Source: Candidatus Bathyarchaeia archaeon
GTDB taxonomy: Archaea; Thermoproteota; Bathyarchaeia; Bathyarchaeales; Bathycorpusculaceae
Assembly: GCA_050010755.1 (NCBI GenBank)
Contig: JBEKKK010000001.1
Location: 1,184,001 to 1,248,000, forward strand
DNA length: 64,000 nt
Direction of reading: 5' to 3'
The notes below the pieces were generated by a model. That model worked only from the letters and a program-made list of their open reading frames with translations, was not told where the DNA came from and ran no database searches. How positions within the stretch are numbered: the stretch's first letter is position 1; every line of letters begins with the position of its first letter. Position numbers and translations under genes: made by a program. Shown here in pieces: positions 1-9,940 of the stretch.

Positions 1-480
1 GGTTATGAAAGACACTATCGCGAGGGACACTGGCAAAAGCCGAAGGTTTTCATTAAACAGGTTCTGGCTCAATTTTGCGGCTGGATAAACCAAGCACATT
101 GCAATGATGGCATCTAATAATGGCCAGATAGGGAGACCTCTTCCGAGGGGGCTGGCAAAGTAGGCCGCGAACATGACCGCGTAAATGGCGAGAACTGGTT
201 TCCATGTTTTTCTAACCAAGAAGCCTGCCGCCATAACACTCAACGGCTCGGAGAATACGCCGAACATCCACAGGGGAGTAGGAATAATCACTCTGCCTAT
301 TATGCTTCCTAGTAAGGCAGCTGAAAAGCCAGCCCAAGGACCGAGAACTATTCCTTCGATTGGAGCCAGGTAAATGGCCCAGTTTCGCCACAGAACAGGA
401 GGCGAAATCAAGTACAAGGTGACATGAAAAGCTGCAAAAACGGCTACGAAAGCTACAGTTTTTGAAGACAGTTGCTTCAT
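1..480 (-). CDS. Integral membrane protein, ECF transporter S-component-like (3' end outside window)
   Basis: Hand translation from ATG at 480: MKQLSSKTVAFVAVFAAFHVTLYLISPP...YLAPIEGIVLGPWAGFSAALLGSIIG..., open to the window edge. Multiple TM helices and an 'LGPxxG' S-component-like motif. Not in the ORF track. Confidence 0.7.
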   Translation of the reverse strand, partial: MKQLSSKTVAFVAVFAAFHVTLYLISPPVLWRNWAIYLAPIEGIVLGPWAGFSAALLGSIIGRVIIPTPLWMFGVFSEPLSVMAAGFLVRKTWKPVLAIYAVMFAAYFASPLGRGLPIWPLLDAIIAMCLVYPAAKLSQNLFNENLRLLPVSLAIVSFIT

Positions 481-868
481 TTTGCAATCGAATGTAGATT
501 TTTACACAGCATATAAGATTTTCTCAGTAAGCCAACCGATTTAGCGGCGTCTCTCTCTGAATAGCGTATGAGGTTTCTTCTAGGATACCGTCCCCGTAAC
601 CGCATCACATCTCCTCTTCGCTTGCTAATTCTCATTTTTCAAGCGCTCTAAAAAATCATGAAGTCCCTTCTTGATGAGGCTGCAACCACACAGCAGGAAA
701 GGCCATCACGCAAAGTCTTTTTTGGCTAATCAGAAAATCTTAGGGATTCCTAGTGAGGCTTGCGGAATAGAGGTCGAAGGAAAAAACGGTTGGCTAACCC
801 TAATTCAAAACGCAAGCCAGAACCAAAGATGAAGACATTGGTGTTCTAGGTGTCATGGAAATACGTTG

Positions 869-1375
869 TCATGCTAAAATCCCTGTGGGCACTAATTCAG
901 CCGTTGCAGCGTCAACATAATAATATCCGGGAGGTGGAATACTCATACCCCGCGAGTATTGGGCGACAATCGTCCAGACGTATCGGTAAGTCGTGTCATT
1001 CACCTGCGTAGGCGACCAATCTGGGACTGAATGTGTCACTGGAGATAATCGTTCGAATCCTGTCTCGTTGGAAGAATTAAAGAAGGCGCAGTAGTCTAGT
1101 TCAACCTCGATTGTCATATTCTGCAGCGAGGCTGCGTCCCATCCTCCGCTTTCCAAAGCGATCAGCAGGGCATGATACATGGAAACTGGGGGAGAGAAAG
1201 AGTACTCGTATGCAGGCGTGGGGGTCTTGTTAAACTCATCGTAGTATATTGTGGAATAGGCGCTATTTGACAGCTGCGTCGGGGTTATGAACACGAAGAA
1301 CTCGAAAAAGACGACAACTATAATCATGACGCACACGGTTGCTAAAATAACGGCTTTCTTTCCCATGCTCCTCAC
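869..1375 (-). CDS. Secreted/membrane-anchored hypothetical protein, PepSY-like C-terminus
   Basis: N-terminal hydrophobic anchor; C-terminal YVWTIV...YYYVDAATAELV. Confidence 0.6.
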   Translation of the reverse strand: MRSMGKKAVILATVCVMIIVVVFFEFFVFITPTQLSNSAYSTIYYDEFNKTPTPAYEYSFSPPVSMYHALLIALESGGWDAASLQNMTIEVELDYCAFFNSSNETGFERLSPVTHSVPDWSPTQVNDTTYRYVWTIVAQYSRGMSIPPPGYYYVDAATAELVPTGILA

Positions 1376-1554
1376 TTCTACTATTGGCTAGCCTAGCCAA
1401 TAAACTTTTAGGGTAACGGAAAGCTCATGGACCTTAATCGAACAGAATCGTTCGAACCTTCACCGAATCTTGACATGAACCCATTCTTAGCAAAGATTTG
1501 ACAGAACCTCGTAAGGCAATTCTTAAATCCCCAGTGCTCTCAACGTTATGGCGG

Positions 1555-2526
1555 GTGCAACCTTTGCCCGAGACTCAGTTCAAGAAAGTCTTCATTTTTC
1601 TGGACACCGACAAGCACGCGAGCCCTTTTGACATACTCATGACCATCGACGTTTTTCCGGAAGCCACGATAATGAAGTACGAGAACGTGACGGCTGAGGA
1701 CGCTGACAAAATCTTGTACGACGCGATGTTTCCCAGGGGTCCAGAGGGTGCAAAACACACGAAGGTCTTTATCAACGGACGCGACTTTGACCTCGCGAAC
1801 GAGATTCTGGCGCGAGCCAAGAAATGCATGTTTCCACCGTTCGAACTCTCAATAATCATCGATCCGCGAGGAGCATACACGACTGCCTCGGCTGCAGTTG
1901 CCAAGACACTGAAAGTTGCGCTTGAAACGAACATGGGAACCTTGGAAAACAAGAATGTCACAGTTCTTGCCGGAACGGGCCCGGTCGGCCAGACGGCGGC
2001 AAGGCTGTACGCATCCGAAAGAGCTAAAGTCATCGTCACTTCACGCGCGCTTCAGAAGGCCTCCTCCGTAGCAGCGAAGATAAATGAAGAGTTCAAGAGC
2101 GAAACGGTACGCGGTTTTCAGGCTCAAACTCCCGAGGACGTTGGAAAAGCCATTGGAAACGCGGAAATTGTTCTCTCCGCTGGAGCGGCGGGAACAGAGC
2201 TTCTCCCGTTAAACGTGCTGAAGGAAAGCGGAAAGAAATGCAAGATAGTGGCCGACATCAACGCGATTCCCCCGCTGGGCATCGCAGGGCTAGACTCTAA
2301 CACAGATGGAAAAGAGATTCTGCCTGGCGTTCTCGGTATCGGCGCACTTGCCATTGGAAAACTCAAGAACAAAATTGAAGTGGCACTCATCAAGAAAGCG
2401 GCAGAAGAGCCCAAAGGCATATTCGACTACAAAATGGCCTATGAACTGGCCAAGAAATCTGTGATGGAGAAGCACGACGAAAAGAAAACTCCTAAACCTG
2501 AACAGCCAAAAAGCTGGCTGCCTTAA
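1555..2526 (+). CDS. mtd: NAD(P)-dependent methylene-tetrahydromethanopterin dehydrogenase (MtdA/B/C-like)
   Basis: SPFD...DAMFPRGP...FINGRD...PPFE..IDPRGAYTTASAAV matches the bacterial-type Mtd N-domain; Rossmann GTGPVG; DINAIPP.G; GALAIG. TATA-like CTTAAAT at 1522 suggests a start at 1555/1564 rather than 1498. Confidence 0.85.
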   Translation: MQPLPETQFKKVFIFLDTDKHASPFDILMTIDVFPEATIMKYENVTAEDADKILYDAMFPRGPEGAKHTKVFINGRDFDLANEILARAKKCMFPPFELSIIIDPRGAYTTASAAVAKTLKVALETNMGTLENKNVTVLAGTGPVGQTAARLYASERAKVIVTSRALQKASSVAAKINEEFKSETVRGFQAQTPEDVGKAIGNAEIVLSAGAAGTELLPLNVLKESGKKCKIVADINAIPPLGIAGLDSNTDGKEILPGVLGIGALAIGKLKNKIEVALIKKAAEEPKGIFDYKMAYELAKKSVMEKHDEKKTPKPEQPKSWLP

Positions 2527-2739
2527 GAAACAGTTCGCTCACTTTTCCCGCGCTGTCTTTCATCTCCTTGCTGCTTTTTCGATTGCTGGTTAGCGTGGTA
2601 TGCCCCGCGCAAATCAATTCCTTGAGACCTTTGTTTCAAGCATTGTCTGATCTCGCGCGAGCAGTTCACGGATGCAGTACCCACTGACAAAACACTTAAA
2701 GTGGACGTTTGTTTACAGTCTGCACTGGAGAAATTGAGG

Positions 2740-3378
2740 ATGCCGATGTTTACTATTTGTACAGCCATTATTCCTCAAGGTGAACTTGAAAAACAGATCA
2801 GCGGCTTCCGTGAGGCTGAGAAGAGATTCACGCGTGAAATTGGCGTGCTTCAGAGAGACTTTTATCAGTGTATTCAACAGCCTCACATAGTTTGGAGCAA
2901 CACGAAATGGACGAGTGAGAAGGCTCATAACACCGCGGCTGAGGGTATTATGAAAGTGAGAAAGGATGACAGAATCGGCTCAGCGTACTTCGAGCCTGGG
3001 CTGTACTTCGAGATCTTCTGCAACGAAATCAACGAAGTCTCCTACGAGGCGCCTGACAAACAACCCGTCGGCATGATCGTGGTTTCCCATGGTCTCGTGG
3101 CCTCCGAACAACTCGAACATTGGAACGAAACGGTTTTGAACGTGTCCAAAGATTTGCCTAAGGTTAAGGGACTGAGATTTTGTCGAGTTTTCCGCAACTA
3201 CTATAACCTGGCCGAGTTCGTGGGGTTCATGGGATGGAACAACCTGAAAGACTACCAAGAACACCGCATGATAGAGGATTTGACAATCGAAGAACGCGTT
3301 TATACAGATCTCAAAGAAGGTTCTTCTCTGCTGGCCGCCTACAACCAGTTCCAATGCAAACCGCTGAAAGTGAAATGA
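2740..3378 (+). CDS. Tandem ABM-like (dimeric alpha/beta barrel) protein
   Basis: Two repeats of the pattern G...F/Y...W.S/N..A/D(H/Y) typical of ABM domains. Confidence 0.55.
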   Translation: MPMFTICTAIIPQGELEKQISGFREAEKRFTREIGVLQRDFYQCIQQPHIVWSNTKWTSEKAHNTAAEGIMKVRKDDRIGSAYFEPGLYFEIFCNEINEVSYEAPDKQPVGMIVVSHGLVASEQLEHWNETVLNVSKDLPKVKGLRFCRVFRNYYNLAEFVGFMGWNNLKDYQEHRMIEDLTIEERVYTDLKEGSSLLAAYNQFQCKPLKVK

Positions 3379-3582
3379 AAGTGATCGCGCTGTTCGCAAT
3401 ATCCCCCAAGCTATCATGAGGCCACTAAGGCTCAAACGGTCTTTGGCATCAAGGCGGACAAATTCTCCCGTAGATTTCCGATTCCTCATTGCCTTCGCTC
3501 TGCAATTTGATTTTGAAAACTGGGGCTTGCTTGAAAGCGAAAGGGGTTTAAAGTTCAGGCAGCAAAGATTGATTGTCTGCTA

Positions 3583-4932
3583 ATGATTCACTTGTGGTTT
3601 GACAAGGGCACAATCCTGTTGCGAGGGGAGGTTGGAACTCCGTATGGCAAGTGGGACCCCAGAGTTGATTGTTACAGAATCAAGGCCATGCACTACTCTG
3701 AAGTGTTGGCCTATCTGAAGGAAAGCAAACTTGCTTTTCAAGATGATGTTCCGAATCTTCCTCCGGTTCAGCAGTTAAATCCAAACGTGGAACTGCGGCC
3801 CTATCAGAAGGAGGCCCTGGACAGGTGGCACCAGGCCAACATGCGGGGAATCCTTGTACTGCCTACTGCCGCGGGTAAAACCTACGTGGCGTTGAAGGCT
3901 ATCGGCCAATTGAAAACGCAGACCCTCATTATTGTTCCAACCTTAGATCTCATAGATCAATGGCGAAAACGGGTCGCCGATCACCTGAAGACAGATGCTG
4001 GAGCTGTCGGTGGAGGCGAAAACAAGGTTAAAATGATAACCGTCTCAACATATGATTCGGCGTACCTCCAAGCAGCAACGCTCGGAAACAAGTTCATGCT
4101 GATGATCTTCGACGAGGTTCATCATCTGGCGTCGCCGAGCTATATGCAAATCGCCGAGATGTACATCGCACCGTACCGTATGGGCTTGACGGCCACGTAT
4201 GAGAGAAGCGACGAAAGACACTCACTCTTGCCCCGGCTCGTTGGAGACCCAGTCTACACGGTGGACGTTGAAGAGTTAGCCGGAGAACACCTTTCCCCTT
4301 ACACGTACGAGAAAATGTTCGTTGACCTGACGCCAAAAGAACAGCGAGTCTACGATGATGAGATGGAAACGTTCAGACTCTACTTGAAAGAGAAGGGAAT
4401 AGTCCTCAGAAGCCCAGAAGACTTTCATAGATTCATCATGTCCACAGGCCGAGACCGCCGCGCGAGAGAAGCCCTTCTGGCAAGAAACCGCGCATTGAAA
4501 ATCGCACTGAACTCAGATGCGAAATTGGGTCTGCTGGCCCTGCAGCTTGACGCTAATAAGAAAGAGAAAACGCTGATATTCACGCTTCACAACGATCTCG
4601 TTTACACTATCAGTCGCAGGTTTCTGATACCGGCCATCACCTACCAGACGCCGAAGGAGGAGAGAAGAGAAATCCTGGAGAACTTTCGAAACGGAGAGTA
4701 CAAAGCCATAGTCACATCTCAAGTCCTCGACGAAGGTGTGGACGTACCCGACGCTTCTGCCGGCTACATACTCAGCGGAACGGGAAGCACGAGAGAGTAC
4801 ATCCAGAGACTCGGAAGAATTCTCAGGAAAGTGGAGGGAAAAAGAGCCAAACTCGTCGAAATCGTCTCGAGACAAACCGTGGAAGTGGAAATGAGCCGCA
4901 GGCGACGGTACAAGAAACCCACGGAGGACTGA
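3583..4932 (+). CDS. xpb: XPB/Rad25 DNA repair helicase
   Basis: LRPYQ, PTAAGKT, DEVHH, GLTAT, LDEGVDVP, QRLGRILR. Confidence 0.9.
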   Translation: MIHLWFDKGTILLRGEVGTPYGKWDPRVDCYRIKAMHYSEVLAYLKESKLAFQDDVPNLPPVQQLNPNVELRPYQKEALDRWHQANMRGILVLPTAAGKTYVALKAIGQLKTQTLIIVPTLDLIDQWRKRVADHLKTDAGAVGGGENKVKMITVSTYDSAYLQAATLGNKFMLMIFDEVHHLASPSYMQIAEMYIAPYRMGLTATYERSDERHSLLPRLVGDPVYTVDVEELAGEHLSPYTYEKMFVDLTPKEQRVYDDEMETFRLYLKEKGIVLRSPEDFHRFIMSTGRDRRAREALLARNRALKIALNSDAKLGLLALQLDANKKEKTLIFTLHNDLVYTISRRFLIPAITYQTPKEERREILENFRNGEYKAIVTSQVLDEGVDVPDASAGYILSGTGSTREYIQRLGRILRKVEGKRAKLVEIVSRQTVEVEMSRRRRYKKPTED

Positions 4933-4935
4933 GCA

Positions 4936-6489
4936 GTGCTTCCGAGCGAACTTCTCACCGTATGGAAGAGGAAGGGCAACATATCGCCGAGGTACGCAAG
5001 AGCGACGGAAGACAGCTTGCAAGTCGCCGACAGCCTCATCAAGGCGTACAAAGACCATGTGGGCCAGAAGAAAAGCGTCCTTAAAGCGTTCGCCGGCGAA
5101 CTGGAGGACGAAGGATACGAATACCGGTTCGTGAGAGGTCTCGCCTGTCTTCTGGACAGAAAAAGCACGTTCAAATGCAACGATAGAATCGACCCCGTGG
5201 AACTGAGACGAAGAATTTTTCAAGCAACATCAGAGCTCGGCTTGGCCACGACGCCGGAAAAAAGGAAGAGAATAATTGCGGTAGTGGCCAAAGAAATGAA
5301 AGTAGAGCCCGATACTGTGGAAGAGTTTCTCTATGCAGATCTCGACAGTGAACTCATTCTTGAAGAGTTTGAACCGCCGGCGCCGGAAGAACTGCTGAAA
5401 GAATATAACCTCAGCCTGACGCAGACACTTCTCTTCGACTCTACAGAGCTGAACTTCACGGCGTCGGGCAATTGGCAGAGAATATTCTACGCTGTTAAGA
5501 GACTTGGTCTGATCTACGACGTGCAAAAGAACGGAAGGTTCTGGGTGAAAATTGATGGCCCTGCCAGCCTGTTCAAGCTAACGAGAAGATACGGAACGGC
5601 GACGGCCAAGCTTCTCCCCACAATCATCGCCAACCAGGAGTGGACGGTTGAGGCCAAGATACTGTGGAGATACACGAATGAGATATGCGACTTCAAGCTT
5701 GAGAGTTGGAAGCACCGCTCATTGCTCAGGAGCCCTCAGGAGCCGAAAATTTCTTATGACAGCGCGGTCGAACAGGACTTCGCGGAACAGTTTCAAAGCC
5801 TCAAGACAGGATGGCAGCTGAAGAGAGAACCTGAACCCGTTCCAGCGGGCAAACAGGTGATAATACCCGATTTCTCTCTGGAGAAGCAGGGCGTCAGAGT
5901 GTTCGTGGAAATAGTCGGTTTCTGGACGGTGGAGTACCTTTTGCGCAAGATGGAGAAACTCAAGAAGGTTGATGTGAACATGCTCGTAGCCGTCAACGAG
6001 AACTTGGCCTGCGAAAAGCTCGACCGGCTGGAAAAAGACGCGCATCTCAACATAATTTATTATCACGACAAAATTCCGTTGGGTCCTGTTCTGCGCTATC
6101 TGGAGGGGGCGTTTCAAAACATCAAAACAGCCCAGACGGATCTGTTGAAAGGCCTCAGAGTGATATTCACCGAACCCGTTGTTGACTATGGAGAGTTTGC
6201 CGCAAGAATCGGCGTGTCCACAGAGGCGGTAAAGGAGGCATTGACTGAGAAGCCGCCTGAAGGCTACACGGCCATGTCAGAAAGCTTAGTGAGAAGAGAC
6301 AAGCTCGAACAGATAAGAAACAAAATCGAAGAACAGTCGGACCCGAAAGGCCGACTGCCACTGTCCGAGGCTATAAGAATAGTTGAATCAGAGGGAGTGG
6401 CTGACGCAACCAAGTCGCTTGAAGCCCTCGGATACAGAATAAACTGGCATGGAATCAACGCGGAAAAGGCTGAGGTCGCCAAGCCCTAG
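4936..6489 (+). CDS. bax1: Bax1 endonuclease (DUF790), XPB partner
   Basis: MLPSELL start, LYADL, YNLSLTQTLLF, IDGPASLF, DSAVE, IPDF...EIVGFWT..YL..K; directly downstream of xpb. Confidence 0.88.
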   Translation: MLPSELLTVWKRKGNISPRYARATEDSLQVADSLIKAYKDHVGQKKSVLKAFAGELEDEGYEYRFVRGLACLLDRKSTFKCNDRIDPVELRRRIFQATSELGLATTPEKRKRIIAVVAKEMKVEPDTVEEFLYADLDSELILEEFEPPAPEELLKEYNLSLTQTLLFDSTELNFTASGNWQRIFYAVKRLGLIYDVQKNGRFWVKIDGPASLFKLTRRYGTATAKLLPTIIANQEWTVEAKILWRYTNEICDFKLESWKHRSLLRSPQEPKISYDSAVEQDFAEQFQSLKTGWQLKREPEPVPAGKQVIIPDFSLEKQGVRVFVEIVGFWTVEYLLRKMEKLKKVDVNMLVAVNENLACEKLDRLEKDAHLNIIYYHDKIPLGPVLRYLEGAFQNIKTAQTDLLKGLRVIFTEPVVDYGEFAARIGVSTEAVKEALTEKPPEGYTAMSESLVRRDKLEQIRNKIEEQSDPKGRLPLSEAIRIVESEGVADATKSLEALGYRINWHGINAEKAEVAKP

Positions 6490-6955
6490 AACATGAAGTC
6501 ATTAGGTATGAACTGGCTCAACGCGCGCTAGTGTGTGCGCCGACGGCCCCTACCCTCGGTCCACGATACGATCCAAATATGATTTTGGGAGAAATGTGCA
6601 TTGTGTTGGGATCGTCCACCGTCGGCTCTTTGATACATGAGCCTGGGCGCAAGGCGTGAAAGCAATGAAAAGCATTCCTTTTCTAGGTCAGGGTTCTGTA
6701 TGTGAGGAAAAGAGTAGAGGGAGAAAGGAGATTGGAGAAAGGAGTTCTACCCTCTCCTCACACTTAGGTATAGTATTGAAAGAAGATGCTCTTTATTCTA
6801 TAGTTTTGTACGATTGTTCTAAATTTTTGAACAGACTGGTCTCCATCGAAATCAGACCTCATTGAGTTCGGATGGGCTCTTCTGAGGTGGCGATTTTATA
6901 AGTAAAAAGGTCAGCATACTGCAATTCAGCAGCCTTGCTACTAGGGTGTGAAAGA

Positions 6956-7726
6956 ATGAATGTTGAAAAAGCCAAACGCAGTACCTCAAAGAAGGAACTG
7001 TTGTGGTTTGACGAGCTGAGCATGAAGGAAGCCGAAACCAAGGCAAAAACTGGAAGCGTCGTCATATTTCCAGTTGGAAGCGTCGAAGAACACGGAGACC
7101 ATCTGCCACTCTGTACGGACAGCTTGCAACCCGAGTACGTGGCTTTAGAAGTGGCCAAGAAGACAGGGTGTCTTGTTGCCCCTCCGTTACGGTACGGTGT
7201 CTGCAACTCTGCCCGCGGTTTTCCAGGCACTGTCTCAATATCGTTCGACGCGCTGCACAAGATGGCCCGCGACATCCTTGAAGAGTTCATAAGGAACCGT
7301 TTCAAAAGAATTCTGGTGTTGAGCGGGCATGCCGGTCAAGCTCACATGGCCGCGCTGAGACTTGCAGCTCAGGAAGTCGTTTGGCAACATGAAAAGGAAA
7401 ACCCTGAGAAAAGGCCGCGGATAATGGTCTGTTCAGACTATGACTTCGCCTACGAACTGAAAGGAAAATACTTCAGCGAGAAAGACGGCCACGCGGGGAC
7501 AATAGAAACCTCACGGGTAATGGCAATCAAACCTGAACTGATAAAAGCCAAGGGCGGGAAAAGCTTCCCAAAATTTCCAAGGTTCGAAATAGTTGCCGAC
7601 CCGGAACGCTACTTCCCAACAGGCGTTATAGGCGACCCGACGGCGGCTTCGGCGGAAAAGGGAAGAATGATAAACAAGTACATCGTCAGAGAAGTCGCGA
7701 AACTGGTAGAAGAACTGAAACGCTGA
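6956..7726 (+). CDS. Creatininase family amidohydrolase
   Basis: PVGSVEEHGDHLPLCTD, SGHAG, DGHAGTIETS, GVIGDP. Confidence 0.88.
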   Translation: MNVEKAKRSTSKKELLWFDELSMKEAETKAKTGSVVIFPVGSVEEHGDHLPLCTDSLQPEYVALEVAKKTGCLVAPPLRYGVCNSARGFPGTVSISFDALHKMARDILEEFIRNRFKRILVLSGHAGQAHMAALRLAAQEVVWQHEKENPEKRPRIMVCSDYDFAYELKGKYFSEKDGHAGTIETSRVMAIKPELIKAKGGKSFPKFPRFEIVADPERYFPTGVIGDPTAASAEKGRMINKYIVREVAKLVEELKR

Positions 7727-7937
7727 ACCAGGGCGCCACAAGCGAAAGCAATCATGCGCTACGGCTGAAACTTTGACGGTGCCCTTTTCACAGCCTCTGT
7801 CTTACTCTTTTACCATGCTGTTCTAAACACAATGAAAACAGAAAACCTGCGAAACGTGCATAAACGAATAATCAAGGGCATGTTCTGCAATGATAATTCC
7901 TAAATAGGTTAACCTAGCAATGTCTGCGGGAGTCCTT

Positions 7938-8192
7938 ATGGATTACATAACTGTAGTTGGTTTGGTCGCTGCTGCACTTACAATAACTTCTTTTTTCCCT
8001 CAATTGATGAAAGTTTTTAAAACCAGGTCCACCAGAGACATTTCACTGGGAATGTTTTCAATTTTTTGTGTTGCCGTTTTCACGTGGTCTGCTTATGGCG
8101 TCTTGACTAATGACCTACCTGTCATAATTGCAAACGTTTTGGTCTTTCTTCAAGCCTTGGTGATCGTAGCATTTAAAGTCAAGTATAAATGA
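7938..8192 (+). CDS. SemiSWEET / PQ-loop transporter
   Basis: SFFPQL..VFKTRSTRDISL, W..YG...DLPVIIAN; 3 TM helices. Confidence 0.88.
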   Translation: MDYITVVGLVAAALTITSFFPQLMKVFKTRSTRDISLGMFSIFCVAVFTWSAYGVLTNDLPVIIANVLVFLQALVIVAFKVKYK

Positions 8193-8283
8193 AAACAGGG
8201 ACTAAGACGCACGCTATCCTAAACCAAAAGATCAATTAGAAAAAACGTTTAAGAGAGATTAACGACCAGGTTCTGCGGGTTTC

Positions 8284-8691
8284 TCACACTTTCATTGTGT
8301 AAACTTTGATAGTAGCTTCGTTGTTTTTCAGGTTGTTTGTGCCTTCTAGCGAACACTTTGCTGAGTTTAGCCATGCGAGTTTCTTCGACTGTGTCATGCA
8401 CATTCCTTCTCCTTTAAAGATCCCCATCGTTGGGCTTTCCAATCTTCCAGTTCCTTTGGCTGTGATCATGATTGCATCGCCGTCTTGAGTCATCTCGATG
8501 GCGCGGGCTTCCCACTCGTTTGATCCGTCCTGTTTTTGCAAAACATCAACTGTCTCCATGTGGGATGCGGAGTATTTCCCTTTGGCATTTCCCATCGAAT
8601 TGTATTGCATCTTAGCTCCTTCGGCTGAGAATTCCTTTATGATCGTTGTAGTTGCTTTTTCCTTTATTTCAACCAAGAGTTCTTTTTCCAT
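8284..8691 (-). CDS. Hypothetical beta-rich protein (DUF3237-like fold possible)
   Basis: 135-aa ORF with GGTGG SD-like motif; TQDGDAI and KLAWLN motifs. Confidence 0.55.
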   Translation of the reverse strand: MEKELLVEIKEKATTTIIKEFSAEGAKMQYNSMGNAKGKYSASHMETVDVLQKQDGSNEWEARAIEMTQDGDAIMITAKGTGRLESPTMGIFKGEGMCMTQSKKLAWLNSAKCSLEGTNNLKNNEATIKVYTMKV

Positions 8692-8874
8692 TTTACCACC
8701 AGCTACTCAACAATCGCCGACCGAAACTTAAGCCTTTGTGACCATACTACTGCAGCAACAAACTTTAGGCGAGCGCGCCACGCATCTGGTCAACTGCTCG
8801 AAACAGGCGAATTCAATACCACAACTGCTAAAAGTCTCCATGAAGATGAAGAACTGCTCAAAGCTGGGCTGAAT

Positions 8875-9873
8875 ATGTCACAGAATCAAACTGAGCTAAC
8901 ATCGAGAGTGGGCGAAAGTGAACTTGAAGTCGCGGAGCGAGGAGAAGACTGGTTTAAAGTTCACCATCGTCAGACAGGAAACACTTGCATGATAATGGAT
9001 ACATTCGCCGAAATGTTTCCGATGTGGGCAGGGAGAGTTCTAATTACGGCGGACTCGGAAAAATGGGCTCTTACAGCGGCCGAGGTCGCCACTGGCCTCG
9101 CGACGAGCGTAATCATGTCTCCAGCCGAGGCGGGAATCGAAGGCTTCGTCCCAGTAGGCACTACTCCGGACGGTCGGGTTGGCGTTCTGATACAGATGTA
9201 TAATCGAAGCAGGTTCGACCTGAACGGACAGATGATACTGCGCATAGGGCAGTGCGTGATGACGTGTCCGACAACGTCGGCCTTTGACGCCATGCCGAAC
9301 GCCAAGAGAACCCTAAAGGTTGGAAGAAGCCTGTGCCTTTTCGGCGACGGATTCCAGAGAAAGGGTCTAGTGGGACCGCGAAAGGTGTGGAAGATCCCCG
9401 TCATGGAGGGCGACTTCATCGTCGAAGACCGGTTCGGCATCGCAGAAACCATCGCTGGCGGCAACTTCATAATCTTCGCTCAGGACAGAGCCTCGGGCCT
9501 CAAGGCCGCAGAGGAAGCTGTTAAAGCCATAAGGGCTGGCAAAAACGAGGTAATAATGCCTTTTCCAGGGGGAATTTGCCGTTCCGGCTCGAAAGCTGGC
9601 TCATTAAAGTACAAGCTGAAGGCCTCGACAAATCATCCTTTCTGCCCACGGTTGAGAGAACTCGTCCCAGATTCAGAGGTGCCGGAAGGCGTGAAATGCG
9701 TTTACGAAATTGTCATCAACGGCCTAAGCTTGGAGGCGGTCAAGAAAGCCATGGGCGACGGCGTGAGGACAGCGGCAGGCGTGCCCGGCATAGTCAAGAT
9801 TTCGGCCGGCAACTACGGCGGCAAGATAGGTCCCTACAAGGCCTTTCTGAAAGAGGCGCTAAGAACGACCTAG
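8875..9873 (+). CDS. ftr: Formylmethanofuran--tetrahydromethanopterin N-formyltransferase
   Basis: DTFAEMF, ATG.ATSVI..PAEAGIE, TPDGR.G, RIGQCVMTCPTT, PVMEGDF, PFPGG..RSGSK.GS, SAGNYGGK. Confidence 0.92.
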   Translation: MSQNQTELTSRVGESELEVAERGEDWFKVHHRQTGNTCMIMDTFAEMFPMWAGRVLITADSEKWALTAAEVATGLATSVIMSPAEAGIEGFVPVGTTPDGRVGVLIQMYNRSRFDLNGQMILRIGQCVMTCPTTSAFDAMPNAKRTLKVGRSLCLFGDGFQRKGLVGPRKVWKIPVMEGDFIVEDRFGIAETIAGGNFIIFAQDRASGLKAAEEAVKAIRAGKNEVIMPFPGGICRSGSKAGSLKYKLKASTNHPFCPRLRELVPDSEVPEGVKCVYEIVINGLSLEAVKKAMGDGVRTAAGVPGIVKISAGNYGGKIGPYKAFLKEALRTT

Positions 9874-9940
9874 GGGTTCGCCCCAAAATCTATTTGAATC
9901 CTCAACGTAGCTCTATCACTGAAACGTAATGTGAAGGCAC

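Noticed and set aside
6615-6630. FMN riboswitch (GAGCCGACGG on the - strand)
   Set aside because: The other conserved FMN segments are absent and no flavin gene follows.
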